A stretch of 48,325 bases of DNA from Dehalococcoidia bacterium (GCA_021160725.1 JAGHCA010000043.1:1-48325), one strand, 5' to 3'; positions 29,826-38,327 are shown, counted from the first letter of the stretch. The notes: generated by a model from the sequence alone, not told the origin. Program-made: numbers and translations.

Positions 29826-30125
29826 ATGGAAGGCAACAGTCTAGGGATATGGCCAATGGTCATCTTTTTGGTAGCAATTTTTGCCATTATGTATTTCTTG
29901 ATGATCAGGCCGAGGCAGAAGCAACTAAAGCAACACGAAGAAATGACGAAGGAACTTAGAGTGGGAGACAAGGTGATTATAGCCGGCGGGATTTACGGAA
30001 CAATCGAGAGTCTTGATGAAGATACTGTGATTCTGAAGATAGAGTCAGGAGCAACAATGAGGGTTGCCCGAGGTAGTGTACTTGGCAAACAAGATATTGA
30101 GGAAAGCGGCAGAGGAGTATTCTGA
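29826..30125 (+). CDS. yajC: preprotein translocase subunit YajC
   Basis: Single TM followed by MIRPRQKQLKQHEEM...GDKVIIAGGIYGTI. Confidence 0.85.
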   Translation: MEGNSLGIWPMVIFLVAIFAIMYFLMIRPRQKQLKQHEEMTKELRVGDKVIIAGGIYGTIESLDEDTVILKIESGATMRVARGSVLGKQDIEESGRGVF

Positions 30126-30255
30126 CATTAGGAACTCGAGGCGTCAGTTAACTACCATTAAATTAAGTAGCGAACGTGATACGATTCCGAAGCCTCTTCG
30201 GTCTTTGCGGAACTCTGTACTTGTGTTCACCTGTGGATAAAGGGAAATAGCGTAA

Positions 30256-31815
30256 ATGAAGCACTATGACTATATCATAGTTGGCAGTGGCATTGCCGGA
30301 CTTTATATTGCCTTGCTTGCTATAAAACAGGGCAGCACCCTTATCCTGACTAAGGGAAGCATAGACGATTGCAACACCAAATATGCCCAAGGTGGCATCG
30401 CTGTTGCCATTGGCAAGAATGATTCCCCTGAGCTACACTTCAAAGATACTATGGCCGCTGGAGATGGCTTATGTGATGCCGAGACAGTGCGTATTTTGAC
30501 CGATGAGGCTGCTGATTGTATTGCTGACTTAATCAAGTTTGGAGTACCCTTTGACACTTTAGATGGTGAAATCACTCTGACCAGGGAGGCAGCACACAGT
30601 GTTTCCAGGGTTATGCATGCTGGTGGGGATGCCACTGGAGAGCACATCGAGGTTACCTTAAGCCGCCAGGTGCGCTCCGCTCCCATCAATGTCCTGGAAA
30701 ATTGCCTTGCTCACGAAATTTTAACTCAGAATGGCAGGGTACTTGGTGTGAGGGCTCTTGATTGCCACACAGGCTCTATAGAAGAGTATCACTGCCAATT
30801 CCTTATTTTAGCTACTGGTGGGGCTGGAAAGTTGTTTAAATACACCACTAACTCCGATGTAGTCACTGGCGATGGTATAGCTCTGGCTTTTGAAGCTGGT
30901 GCCGAAATAAGCGATATGGAATTTTTCCAGTTTCACCCCACTGTTCTCCGCTTGCCCGGAGTAGCTCCTTTTCTCATCTCTGAAGCAGTCAGGGGAGAGG
31001 GTGGCATACTCAGAAATGTGGAAGGACAACGCTTCATGCCAGACTATATTGCTGAGGCTGAACTGGCGCCGAGGGATATCGTAGCTCGCAGCATCGTCCG
31101 AGAGATGCAGAAAACCCACAGCGATAGAGTTTTTCTGGACGTTACACATTTGCCCCCTCGGCTGATTACCACTCGCTTTCCTCACATATATCGTTTCTGT
31201 CTGGAGCATGGCTTGGACATTACCAAAGGACTTATCCCCGTTGCCCCGGCTGCTCACTACCTTATGGGAGGGGTGAAAGTCAATAGTTGGGGGGAGACAA
31301 ATATCTCGGGGCTATTTGCTGCTGGCGAGACCGCCTGCACTGGAGTACATGGCGCTAACAGGCTGGCATCAAATTCCTTGCTCGAGTCAATTGTTTTCGG
31401 CAAGAGGGTAGTGCAAAGAACTGAGGTGGCTGCCTCTCCCGAGAGCAATCAGCCAACAGTTGTTAGTTGTCTGTATTCCCTTCCCAAACGCGAACAATCC
31501 CAACTTGTCGGGACTGTCCCACCGCTTAATCTGCCCAACTTGCAGTCTCTCATGTGGGATAAAGTTGGAATCATCCGTTCTGGCGAAGCCCTCAAAGAGG
31601 CATCAGACATCCTAGCTACCTGGCAAAGCCTCCTACCTCAACCCAGTGACCGCTCCTCTAATGAACTGAATAATCTGGTACTATGCGCCAGGCTTACAAC
31701 TGAGGCCGCTTTGCTCCGAGAAGAAAGTCGCGGTGCTCACTTTCGCACAGATTTCCCCAAGGCTTCACCAGAATGGCAGAGGCATATCGTTTTCAGGAAA
31801 AATGACAGCACTTGA
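30256..31815 (+). CDS. nadB: L-aspartate oxidase
   Basis: DYIIVGSGIAGL FAD motif, HYLMGG, ESRGAHFR. Adjacent to nadC. Confidence 0.92.
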   Translation: MKHYDYIIVGSGIAGLYIALLAIKQGSTLILTKGSIDDCNTKYAQGGIAVAIGKNDSPELHFKDTMAAGDGLCDAETVRILTDEAADCIADLIKFGVPFDTLDGEITLTREAAHSVSRVMHAGGDATGEHIEVTLSRQVRSAPINVLENCLAHEILTQNGRVLGVRALDCHTGSIEEYHCQFLILATGGAGKLFKYTTNSDVVTGDGIALAFEAGAEISDMEFFQFHPTVLRLPGVAPFLISEAVRGEGGILRNVEGQRFMPDYIAEAELAPRDIVARSIVREMQKTHSDRVFLDVTHLPPRLITTRFPHIYRFCLEHGLDITKGLIPVAPAAHYLMGGVKVNSWGETNISGLFAAGETACTGVHGANRLASNSLLESIVFGKRVVQRTEVAASPESNQPTVVSCLYSLPKREQSQLVGTVPPLNLPNLQSLMWDKVGIIRSGEALKEASDILATWQSLLPQPSDRSSNELNNLVLCARLTTEAALLREESRGAHFRTDFPKASPEWQRHIVFRKNDST

Positions 31816-32710
31816 GCTCCAGATTGAAGAAATTATCGACCGCGCCTTAGCTGAAGACCTTGGTAGAGGCGATATTACTACTGATGCTTTGATACCCAAT
31901 GACCAACAAGGGAGTGGTCTTGTTGTAGCTAAAGAGGAAGGCATCCTGGCTGGTATAAATGTAGCTAAACAGGTTTTCCAGCGGGTTGATCCGCAATTAA
32001 AAGTGGAAATTCTCCTAGAAGATGGGGCTAGAGTCAAGCCAGGCAACAAAATAGCCAAAGTGTCGGGCAGCATTGCCAGCATTCTTAAGGCCGAGAGAGT
32101 AGCCCTAAACTTTCTCCAGCGCTTGAGCGGCATTGCTTCAGAGACCAGTCGTTACGTGGCAAGAGTAGAAGGGCTGCCGTTGCATATTATGGATACCAGA
32201 AAAACCACCCCAGGCTTGAGGTCGCTGGAAAAGTATGCCGTCAAGATAGGCGGTGGGGAGAATCACCGTATGAATTTGGGCGATGGCATACTTATTAAGG
32301 ATAATCATCTGGTGGCGCTCCATAATCAGGGGTTAAACCTCAAGGAAATTGTAGCCAAAGCAAGACACAATGTTCCATCGTCATTGCATGGAGCCCCGCT
32401 ACAATCAGAGCGACGAAGCAACCTCCAGGTAAGGCAACCTCAAGTCGAGGTGGAGGTTAAAACCGTGTCAGAAGCTTTAGAAGCCGTTGAAGCTGGGGCA
32501 GATATCGTCATGCTTGACAATATGAACATCGAGGATATGCGTAAGGCGGTAAAATCTATTCATGGCCATGCCTTAATCGAAGCCTCAGGTGGAATTACAC
32601 TGGACAATGTCCGGGCTGTAGCTGAAACCGGCGTTGATTTTATCTCTATTGGTGCCCTTACCCACTCCTCCAGAGCTTTAGACATCAGCCTTGAGATTGA
32701 AGCTCAATGA
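31802..32710 (+). CDS. nadC: nicotinate-nucleotide pyrophosphorylase (carboxylating), with an approx. 18-20 aa internal insertion
   Basis: ALAEDLGRGDITT, TRKTTPGLR, VEVEV...GADIVMLDNM and SGGIT motifs. Start at MTALE overlaps the nadB end. Confidence 0.9.
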   Translation: MTALELQIEEIIDRALAEDLGRGDITTDALIPNDQQGSGLVVAKEEGILAGINVAKQVFQRVDPQLKVEILLEDGARVKPGNKIAKVSGSIASILKAERVALNFLQRLSGIASETSRYVARVEGLPLHIMDTRKTTPGLRSLEKYAVKIGGGENHRMNLGDGILIKDNHLVALHNQGLNLKEIVAKARHNVPSSLHGAPLQSERRSNLQVRQPQVEVEVKTVSEALEAVEAGADIVMLDNMNIEDMRKAVKSIHGHALIEASGGITLDNVRAVAETGVDFISIGALTHSSRALDISLEIEAQ

Positions 32711-32824
32711 GGTAAGGAGTCATAGATTCTGCGGGAATCTGGAATAATAAACGGAATTACTCCCCTCAGTAAAGTAATCCACCTTCACAGATTTTGGGAA
32801 TATAAGCTGCGACCAACCGCAGCG

Positions 32825-33139
32825 CTAGCTTACAGTCGTCTCTACCTTTTTAGCACTCTTTTTCAACACTCCCTTGGGATCGCTGACCACTAGCACAATT
32901 TCCCACACGAAGAGAGCAAAAACAATTACCGCAACTCCAAGCAACGTTGCATCTAGATTTATTTCGAAAAACTCTCCCCCTTCGGTTATATAGGCTATCA
33001 CGTGGTCAACTAACCACATGATCGTTGCTCCCCAGAAAAGCAAGCTTAATAAGCCCAACTTATATTTGTCTTCTGGAGCCTTTACATACCATATCGCTGT
33101 TGCGATTACCGCGGCTAGCGCCGTCATTATGAGCCACAT
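32825..33139 (-). CDS. small membrane protein (3 TM), unknown function; paralogous to its upstream neighbour
   Basis: Hydrophobic 104-aa ORF. FWGATIMWLVDHVIAY...GGEFF resembles LWGGTILLALEHLWHGE of the adjacent ORF. Its start overlaps the neighbour's stop. Confidence 0.6.
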   Translation of the reverse strand: MWLIMTALAAVIATAIWYVKAPEDKYKLGLLSLLFWGATIMWLVDHVIAYITEGGEFFEINLDATLLGVAVIVFALFVWEIVLVVSDPKGVLKKSAKKVETTVS

Positions 33140-33540
33140 CAGGCACCTCCGCTGGCAGGATTCTCTCTTACTTTGGGCATAGCCGCCTTAGCCTTTAGTT
33201 CAGCAACCAAAATCATTATTCCCCAGACGACTGTTATGGTTATAGCCATAGCTCCACCAAATATCGCCATCTCATGAAGCATTGGAGATACATTTGCCGG
33301 ATTTTCCATTGCTGTCAAAAAAGGCGGCCAGGGGACAACTTCTCCATGCCATAAATGTTCCAATGCCAACAGTATAGTACCACCCCATAATAGTTTATTC
33401 AGCCAGCTCAACCTCCGGCTCCAGCTCAACCCTGTTTTTTTAATCCTTTCCTCACCAACCTTCTTCTCTCTGTTCTCCACAACCTTCTGCACAGCCGTTG
33501 CCACAATAGCTTCTCCCATTGGTACAAGAAAACATGCCAT
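33139..33540 (-). CDS. small membrane protein, unknown function
   Basis: 133-aa ORF with AAGGAGGT SD, hydrophobic segments and the motifs EHLWHGE and PMLHEM. Confidence 0.6.
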   Translation of the reverse strand: MACFLVPMGEAIVATAVQKVVENREKKVGEERIKKTGLSWSRRLSWLNKLLWGGTILLALEHLWHGEVVPWPPFLTAMENPANVSPMLHEMAIFGGAMAITITVVWGIMILVAELKAKAAMPKVRENPASGGA

Positions 33541-33633
33541 ATCTTTTTACCTCCTTATTGTATTTTCTAAGTGCTCAGTCGATTCTATGTCAATGATATG
33601 GACTTTGTAACATTTCTCACCTCCTTACACGTC

Positions 33634-33666
33634 TTGCAAATAATTGCAACAGCAGTCAATTGCAAT
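33634..33666. promoter_or_regulatory. candidate Fur-family operator (box a): TTGCAAATAATTGCAA plus an extra ATTGCAAT half-site
   Basis: 33634-33649 matches the perfect palindrome at 37382-37397 in 15/16 positions (reverse complement). A further ATTGCAAT lies at 33659-33666. It sits about 95-125 nt upstream of the 33540 start. Confidence 0.5.
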
Positions 33667-33711
33667 ATAAATTAAAAAATTTGCCAAGTTTAAAAACTCA
33701 TTATTTAAACA

Positions 33712-34311
33712 TCAGCAGGCGCTCTTCTCAGCAATAACCAAATATCGTTCTGGGACATCCTCAAAATGGGTTATCCTCAAACCGGCTTGCTTTATCAGCC
33801 CTTTTAACTGGAACTCGTCGGGCAGAAGGTCATTGGCGATCGCGCCACCGATGGATTGATGAAGTTGGTTAGTCATCTCTCGGCTCATGGTGTGGCAGAT
33901 GACCAGCCGGCCATTATTCCTGAGCACCCTAGCTATTTCCTTCAATGCCTTGCACTTGTCGATAAAATGAGGAAAGGCACTGTTGCATATAGCCAGGTTC
34001 ATAGAATCGTCAGCCAGGGGAATAGCCATACCATCGGCTTGAACAAAATCAACGATGGATAGGGAGCTTTTGGCTTTTCCTTGGACTAGCATCTCTGCGG
34101 AAAAATCCAGGGCGACAATTTTCCCTTCATCACCCAGCTCTGCGATTAGAAAGGGTAACAGGATGCCAGTGCCGCTGCCAATATCAAGCACAGAATATCC
34201 GGGTTTAATGCCTAATTCCTTGACGATGTTTTTCAGACACTTCAACCTCTCCGGGGTAAGCTCTTTATCCCAGGTTGGAGCTAGTTGGTCGAAATATTCT
34301 TGAAGTTGCAT
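33712..34311 (-). CDS. class I SAM-dependent methyltransferase
   Basis: VLDIGSGTGILL motif I and the methyltransferase type 11 pattern. Start taken at MQLQEYF just after the permease stop. Confidence 0.75.
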   Translation of the reverse strand: MQLQEYFDQLAPTWDKELTPERLKCLKNIVKELGIKPGYSVLDIGSGTGILLPFLIAELGDEGKIVALDFSAEMLVQGKAKSSLSIVDFVQADGMAIPLADDSMNLAICNSAFPHFIDKCKALKEIARVLRNNGRLVICHTMSREMTNQLHQSIGGAIANDLLPDEFQLKGLIKQAGLRITHFEDVPERYLVIAEKSAC

Positions 34312-34313
34312 AT

Positions 34314-35168
34314 CTAACCTGCTAACGGAGCTTGCTGCCATCCCTTCACTTTTCTCTTAGGAGAGAATGCTGTTGCCAAGCCAAATATAATGGCAGAAGT
34401 TATCACTATGGCGGCGCCGGAGGGAATGTCGAAGAAATATGAAGCTAAAAGTCCAACCCAGCAAGAAATAACACCAAAAGCTACAGCAATAAGGAGCATC
34501 CGCTTTAAGCTATAAGTAAGTTGATAGGCAGCGGCTGCGGGATTGAGAATAAGGCTGTAAATAAGCAAACCGCCGATACTTTGTAACGAGGCAGTTATAG
34601 TCACACCGGTGGAAAACAACAAGCCGTAGAAAATGATTGTTGCTGGTATGCCCACGGCCAGAGCTACCTCCCGATGGCAAATCACTGCTTGAATTTCCTT
34701 ATAGAAGGCAGCCACCAGCCCGCCTATTACGCCTGTTATAACGGCTAAGAAGATGATATCCTGTTGCGTGACGGTCAATATGCCCCCCCAGAATAGGTTT
34801 AAGGCTTCGGTCCTGGCTCCAGGCATTAGCCCCATGAAAAGAAAAGCAAGTCCTAGCATCAGGGAGAAAACAATGCCGATGGAAGTATCGGGATTTAATT
34901 CACCACGGTCAGCCACAGGCCCGATAATGGCTGCCGAAGCCAGGCTGAATAGCAAGGCGCCAATTAAGGGATTAAACCCCAGCCAGAGACCAAGGAGAGC
35001 CCCAGCAAAAGCAGCGTGGGCAATGCATACTCCGATGAAAGAGAGATGCATGGTAACCACGAAGACGCCCACCACAGAACATGTTATACCCCCGAATAAC
35101 CCGGCTAGAATGGCGTTTTGCATGAAATGATACTGTAAAATAGAAAAATCCATTCCGACACCTGCCAT
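34314..35168 (-). CDS. metal ABC transporter permease (ABC-3, ZnuB/TroC-like)
   Basis: About 8 TM segments and the typical ABC-3 layout. TAATG overlap with the upstream ATPase gene. Confidence 0.8.
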   Translation of the reverse strand: MAGVGMDFSILQYHFMQNAILAGLFGGITCSVVGVFVVTMHLSFIGVCIAHAAFAGALLGLWLGFNPLIGALLFSLASAAIIGPVADRGELNPDTSIGIVFSLMLGLAFLFMGLMPGARTEALNLFWGGILTVTQQDIIFLAVITGVIGGLVAAFYKEIQAVICHREVALAVGIPATIIFYGLLFSTGVTITASLQSIGGLLIYSLILNPAAAAYQLTYSLKRMLLIAVAFGVISCWVGLLASYFFDIPSGAAIVITSAIIFGLATAFSPKRKVKGWQQAPLAG

Positions 35169-35956
35169 TATGTCTGAAGTGGAACAATCTCAGTTGGCAC
35201 TGAGGCCGGAGCTTCGTAAAGCTGACTCAACACCTCTTCCTTGAGCATTGACTCCGGGCTACCTTGCTGCCATATCCTGCCATCCTTCATTAGAATCAGT
35301 CGCTGGCAAATAGAGGGCAGCGTTCTCAGGTCATGGGTGACAAATAGAGTTGTCATATGATACTCCTTGTGAATGAGCTGTATCAGATTTAAGATTTCAC
35401 CTTGAGCTTTTTTATCTATTGAAGCTGTCGGCTCATCGAGAAGTAATATCTCAGGCTGCTGGACTAAAGCTCGAGCAATGGCTGCCCTCTGGTATTCGCC
35501 CCCGGATAGATGACCTATTGGGCGTTGGGATAAATGAGCCATGCCTACCATTTCCAATACCTTATCTACTGTTTCCCATTGAGCCCGTGTTGGCCGACGG
35601 AATAGTCCCAAGCGACCATAACAGCCTACCATTACCGTCTCTCTAACATTGATGGGCAACCTGGGGTCGATATTTTCCACCTGAGCCACGTAGCCTATGC
35701 GCTTCCTCAAATTACTGCCACCTCTCCCGTTTAACAGCGACCCCAGTACCCAGGCTTGTCCATGAACCAGTTTGCCCAGGCCATTAATCACTGTGAGTAA
35801 GGTAGTTTTGCCGGCGCCATTAGGTCCGATAATCCCTATGAATTCTCCTTTCCTCACCTCCAGAGACACGCCCTGTAAAGCCACATCTTCCCGGTAGGAA
35901 ACCACAGCATCACGAATCTTGATAACCGTGTTATCCATATTGTTCCGCCCATTCAT
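35168..35956 (-). CDS. metal ABC transporter ATP-binding protein (ZnuC/TroB-like)
   Basis: Walker A GPNGAGKTT, signature LSGGEYQR, Walker B LLLDEP. Start may be the ATG at 35938. Confidence 0.85.
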   Translation of the reverse strand: MNGRNNMDNTVIKIRDAVVSYREDVALQGVSLEVRKGEFIGIIGPNGAGKTTLLTVINGLGKLVHGQAWVLGSLLNGRGGSNLRKRIGYVAQVENIDPRLPINVRETVMVGCYGRLGLFRRPTRAQWETVDKVLEMVGMAHLSQRPIGHLSGGEYQRAAIARALVQQPEILLLDEPTASIDKKAQGEILNLIQLIHKEYHMTTLFVTHDLRTLPSICQRLILMKDGRIWQQGSPESMLKEEVLSQLYEAPASVPTEIVPLQT

Positions 35957-36788
35957 TCAAAGCTTCCAGCAGTAAATCAACGTTCTTATCTATTGTCTTC
36001 TCCCAGGTTTCGGTGTTTTCCAATCCACCGGGGAAGTTGGATATGGTTACCGGAATGGCTTCAATATCTTGTTCCATAGATGCGCCTAATGTCGTGGAAC
36101 CGCTCTGGAGGTTATCGATGATCAAAGCCGCACCGGCTTCTCTAGCTTCGGTTATCAATTGCTCCACATCGGCCGGGCTCAGCTCTTCAGGCCGACCGAA
36201 AGTAGCCGTGATATTAAACCCGGCCCACTTTACAAACCCCTGTTGCATCTCAGCGCAGAGTACTTTTACTCCGTCTACTCCCGCGTCTTCCAATGTTTGT
36301 TTTACCTGGTCGCCATAATCTAAGATAGCCTGCACCCTCTGTGCAGCTCTATCCTGATAGTATGCGGCGTTCTCAGGGTCTATCTCGCCCAGGGCTTCAG
36401 CAATTTTGTCTACTGCTTCAGCTTGGACCGTGGGTACCATCCAATTGCCCGTAACGTTGAGGACCGTGATAACAAGGTTGGGGTTTTCTGCAGCGTCAAT
36501 CGCTCCATTGATATTTTGGAAATTTTGCTGGTAATCGTGGATGAAAAGGGCTTTGCTGTTAGCCAGTGCTTCGATATCGCTCGGCTTTACATCATAATGT
36601 CCCGGACACACACCCGGTGGTATAAGGGTGCAGATTTCCATTTTATCGCCAGCTACATCCTGAATAATGTCGGTGATAAGCGAGCTCCCGGCCATGATGT
36701 CAGCCGATTGTTGGGCACTGAATAAGAACGTAAATAAAATTGCCAAAACAACTACTGCTACAATGCCTGGTACAAGCTTTCTCTTCAT
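35931..36788 (-). CDS. metal ABC transporter substrate-binding protein (TroA/ZnuA cluster A-I-like, compact, non-canonical ligands)
   Basis: Signal/anchor helix, CPGHYDVKPSDIEAL (the usual dPHxYExxPxD position), long linker helix (PENAAYYQDRAAQ). Confidence 0.7.
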   Translation of the reverse strand: MKRKLVPGIVAVVVLAILFTFLFSAQQSADIMAGSSLITDIIQDVAGDKMEICTLIPPGVCPGHYDVKPSDIEALANSKALFIHDYQQNFQNINGAIDAAENPNLVITVLNVTGNWMVPTVQAEAVDKIAEALGEIDPENAAYYQDRAAQRVQAILDYGDQVKQTLEDAGVDGVKVLCAEMQQGFVKWAGFNITATFGRPEELSPADVEQLITEAREAGAALIIDNLQSGSTTLGASMEQDIEAIPVTISNFPGGLENTETWEKTIDKNVDLLLEALNEWAEQYG

Positions 36789-36812
36789 AGAACCTCCTTA
36801 ATCAGTCAATAG

Positions 36813-37364
36813 TTAGTGCCTGTTCTCTGAAGCCTGGGCAAATTCCCTTTCTATTTGTTCCATCCATTTGCTTACTTTCACTTCCCTTATAGTATAGTAG
36901 CTAGGAGTATAGGGCTTGATATCAATCACAGGACTGCCATCAATAGCATCCAAGCATTTTACCTTCAGAAGATTCCCTTTTCGCTCAAGCAAGGGAACTG
37001 CCGACACACAGATGGGGTTAGGTCGGACAGGGCTACAAGTAGCAAAAATGCCTACCTCTGGCAGGTCCTTTCTACCCATAGGATGAGCTTTGATAAGGGA
37101 ACGGTCTTCTTCTGAAGCCAAATGAGCCCAGTAGAGGACAAGAATGTGAGAGAAATCCTCTATCCCATCGAGAATACCGGTGAAGTCATCAGAGATCAAA
37201 ATCTCCGATATCATGCTTTGCTCTTTCCTCGCATCCCCTAACACTCCCTTCCACTCTAAGTCACGCCACTTAACAACCAAGCTAGGCTCTTTTATCTGGT
37301 TTTTCACTATCCCCACAGGCCTTATCTTCATTCTGGGCAAATCTTTACCACCCTTTCCTGTCAT
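36813..37364 (-). CDS. TrmO/TsaA-like (UPF0066) SAM-binding domain protein
   Basis: MKIRPVGIVKN..., HILVLYW and CSPVRPNPI motifs typical of the TsaA/YaeB family. Start chosen at MTGKGG (GGAG SD); the longer ORF start would overlap the operator. Confidence 0.7.
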   Translation of the reverse strand: MTGKGGKDLPRMKIRPVGIVKNQIKEPSLVVKWRDLEWKGVLGDARKEQSMISEILISDDFTGILDGIEDFSHILVLYWAHLASEEDRSLIKAHPMGRKDLPEVGIFATCSPVRPNPICVSAVPLLERKGNLLKVKCLDAIDGSPVIDIKPYTPSYYTIREVKVSKWMEQIEREFAQASENRH

Positions 37365-37380
37365 CTTAACGCTCCGTCTT

Positions 37381-37398
37381 ATTGCAATTAATTGCAAT
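37381..37398. promoter_or_regulatory. candidate Fur-family operator (box b): perfect 18-bp palindrome ATTGCAATTAATTGCAAT
   Basis: The sequence is identical to its reverse complement. It lies between the CooT-like gene and the TrmO-like/ABC transporter genes, 17 nt upstream of the chosen start. Confidence 0.6.
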
Positions 37399-37414
37399 TA
37401 TCAGGCAAAAAAAA

Positions 37415-37600
37415 TTAATCCTCTTCCAGTTGTATCTGAGACTTTAAGAAATCTATCTGCTGCACCTTTCCTTGGAAAACCCTCTTTTCTCCGAAAAGGG
37501 TCTCTACTTCTACTCGCCGGTCAGCAATTATCATGCGTGCGATGTCCTCCAGAATTGGCTTGTCACCTTCTTTAGCCTCATAAAGTTTAGCCATACACAT
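37415..37600 (-). CDS. CooT-family nickel-binding protein
   Basis: 61 aa beginning MCMAK, like Rhodospirillum CooT as I recall it, with the small beta-barrel pattern ...TLFGEKRVFQGKV. Confidence 0.75.
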   Translation of the reverse strand: MCMAKLYEAKEGDKPILEDIARMIIADRRVEVETLFGEKRVFQGKVQQIDFLKSQIQLEED

Positions 37601-37601
37601 C

Positions 37602-37820
37602 CTAGTACCTCCCCTTGCTCTTTGGCAGAGCCTGCTTTGCTTTCGTTAGTTCGTTGCTAACCGCAGCCATCTTAGCGGCTGCTTCTTGTAACTGTTGGGC
37701 TACCTCAGTGGATAACGAGACAACTTTATCAGCCCAATCACGGAACTCTTTCTCATGCTCGCTGTTGTGTTCAATCCAGTAGTCCAGCAGAATGCGCAGT
37801 TTTTCTCGAACGTCATCCAT
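37602..37820 (-). CDS. small helical protein with HNSEHEKE motif, unknown function
   Basis: 72-aa ORF tightly packed between the Fur-family gene and the CooT-like gene. Confidence 0.5.
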   Translation of the reverse strand: MDDVREKLRILLDYWIEHNSEHEKEFRDWADKVVSLSTEVAQQLQEAAAKMAAVSNELTKAKQALPKSKGRY

Positions 37821-37847
37821 AGCAATGCTTTCACCTACAATGGTCGG

Positions 37848-38276
37848 TCAGACTTTGTGACCTTTTTTTCGGCGGCACCCGCTGCATTCTCCTGAAATGG
37901 CCAGGTGCCTTAAATCGGCATCAAAACCAAATTCCTGAAGCAAGGTCTCTTTTAATGGATATAGTGTAGATTCCTCCAGGTCTATTATCTTGCCGCAGCT
38001 ACGGCAAACGAGGTGATGGTGATGTCCTTTCTCTGCAACATGATAGCGGACACGTCCCTCGCCAAAGTTAGTTTCCGTAACTAAATCTAATTTTTTCAGT
38101 AGTTCTAGGGTGCGATAGACAGTGGATATATTGGCATAGGGATAGCGAGTATGTAACTGCTCGTAGATTTCTTCAGCGCTGATGTGCCCGTCGGCATTAT
38201 GAAGTGCCTCGATGACCAGCATGCGCTGGGGAGTTAAGCGATGTCCCGTTTCTTGAAGAGTTACGTGGCAGCTCAT
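37848..38276 (-). CDS. Fur-family transcriptional metalloregulator (Zur/Nur-like)
   Basis: RLTPQRMLVIEAL winged helix, HHHHLVCRSCGK...CSGC structural-Zn motifs. First ATG at 38276; the TTG extension to 38306 overlaps the predicted promoter. Confidence 0.85.
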   Translation of the reverse strand: MSCHVTLQETGHRLTPQRMLVIEALHNADGHISAEEIYEQLHTRYPYANISTVYRTLELLKKLDLVTETNFGEGRVRYHVAEKGHHHHLVCRSCGKIIDLEESTLYPLKETLLQEFGFDADLRHLAISGECSGCRRKKGHKV

Positions 38277-38288
38277 TGGCAGGGGAGT

Positions 38289-38327
38289 ATTATAACAAGG
38301 TAGCAAAATTATTGCAACAAGTTGCTA
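38289..38327 (-). promoter_or_regulatory. candidate autoregulated promoter of the Fur-family gene, with box c
   Basis: Minus strand reads TAGCAACTTGTTGCAA (38327-38312, 12/16 to box b, symmetric). Its TTGCAA serves as the -35, then a 17-nt spacer and TATAAT (38294-38289). The ATG lies 12 nt downstream, giving a very short leader. Confidence 0.5.

Noticed and set aside
38277-38306. TTG-initiated N-terminal extension (MLPCYNTPLP) of the Fur-family ORF
   Set aside because: It overlaps the predicted -10 and spacer of the promoter. The first ATG (MSCHVTLQ) gives a normal Fur-family length.
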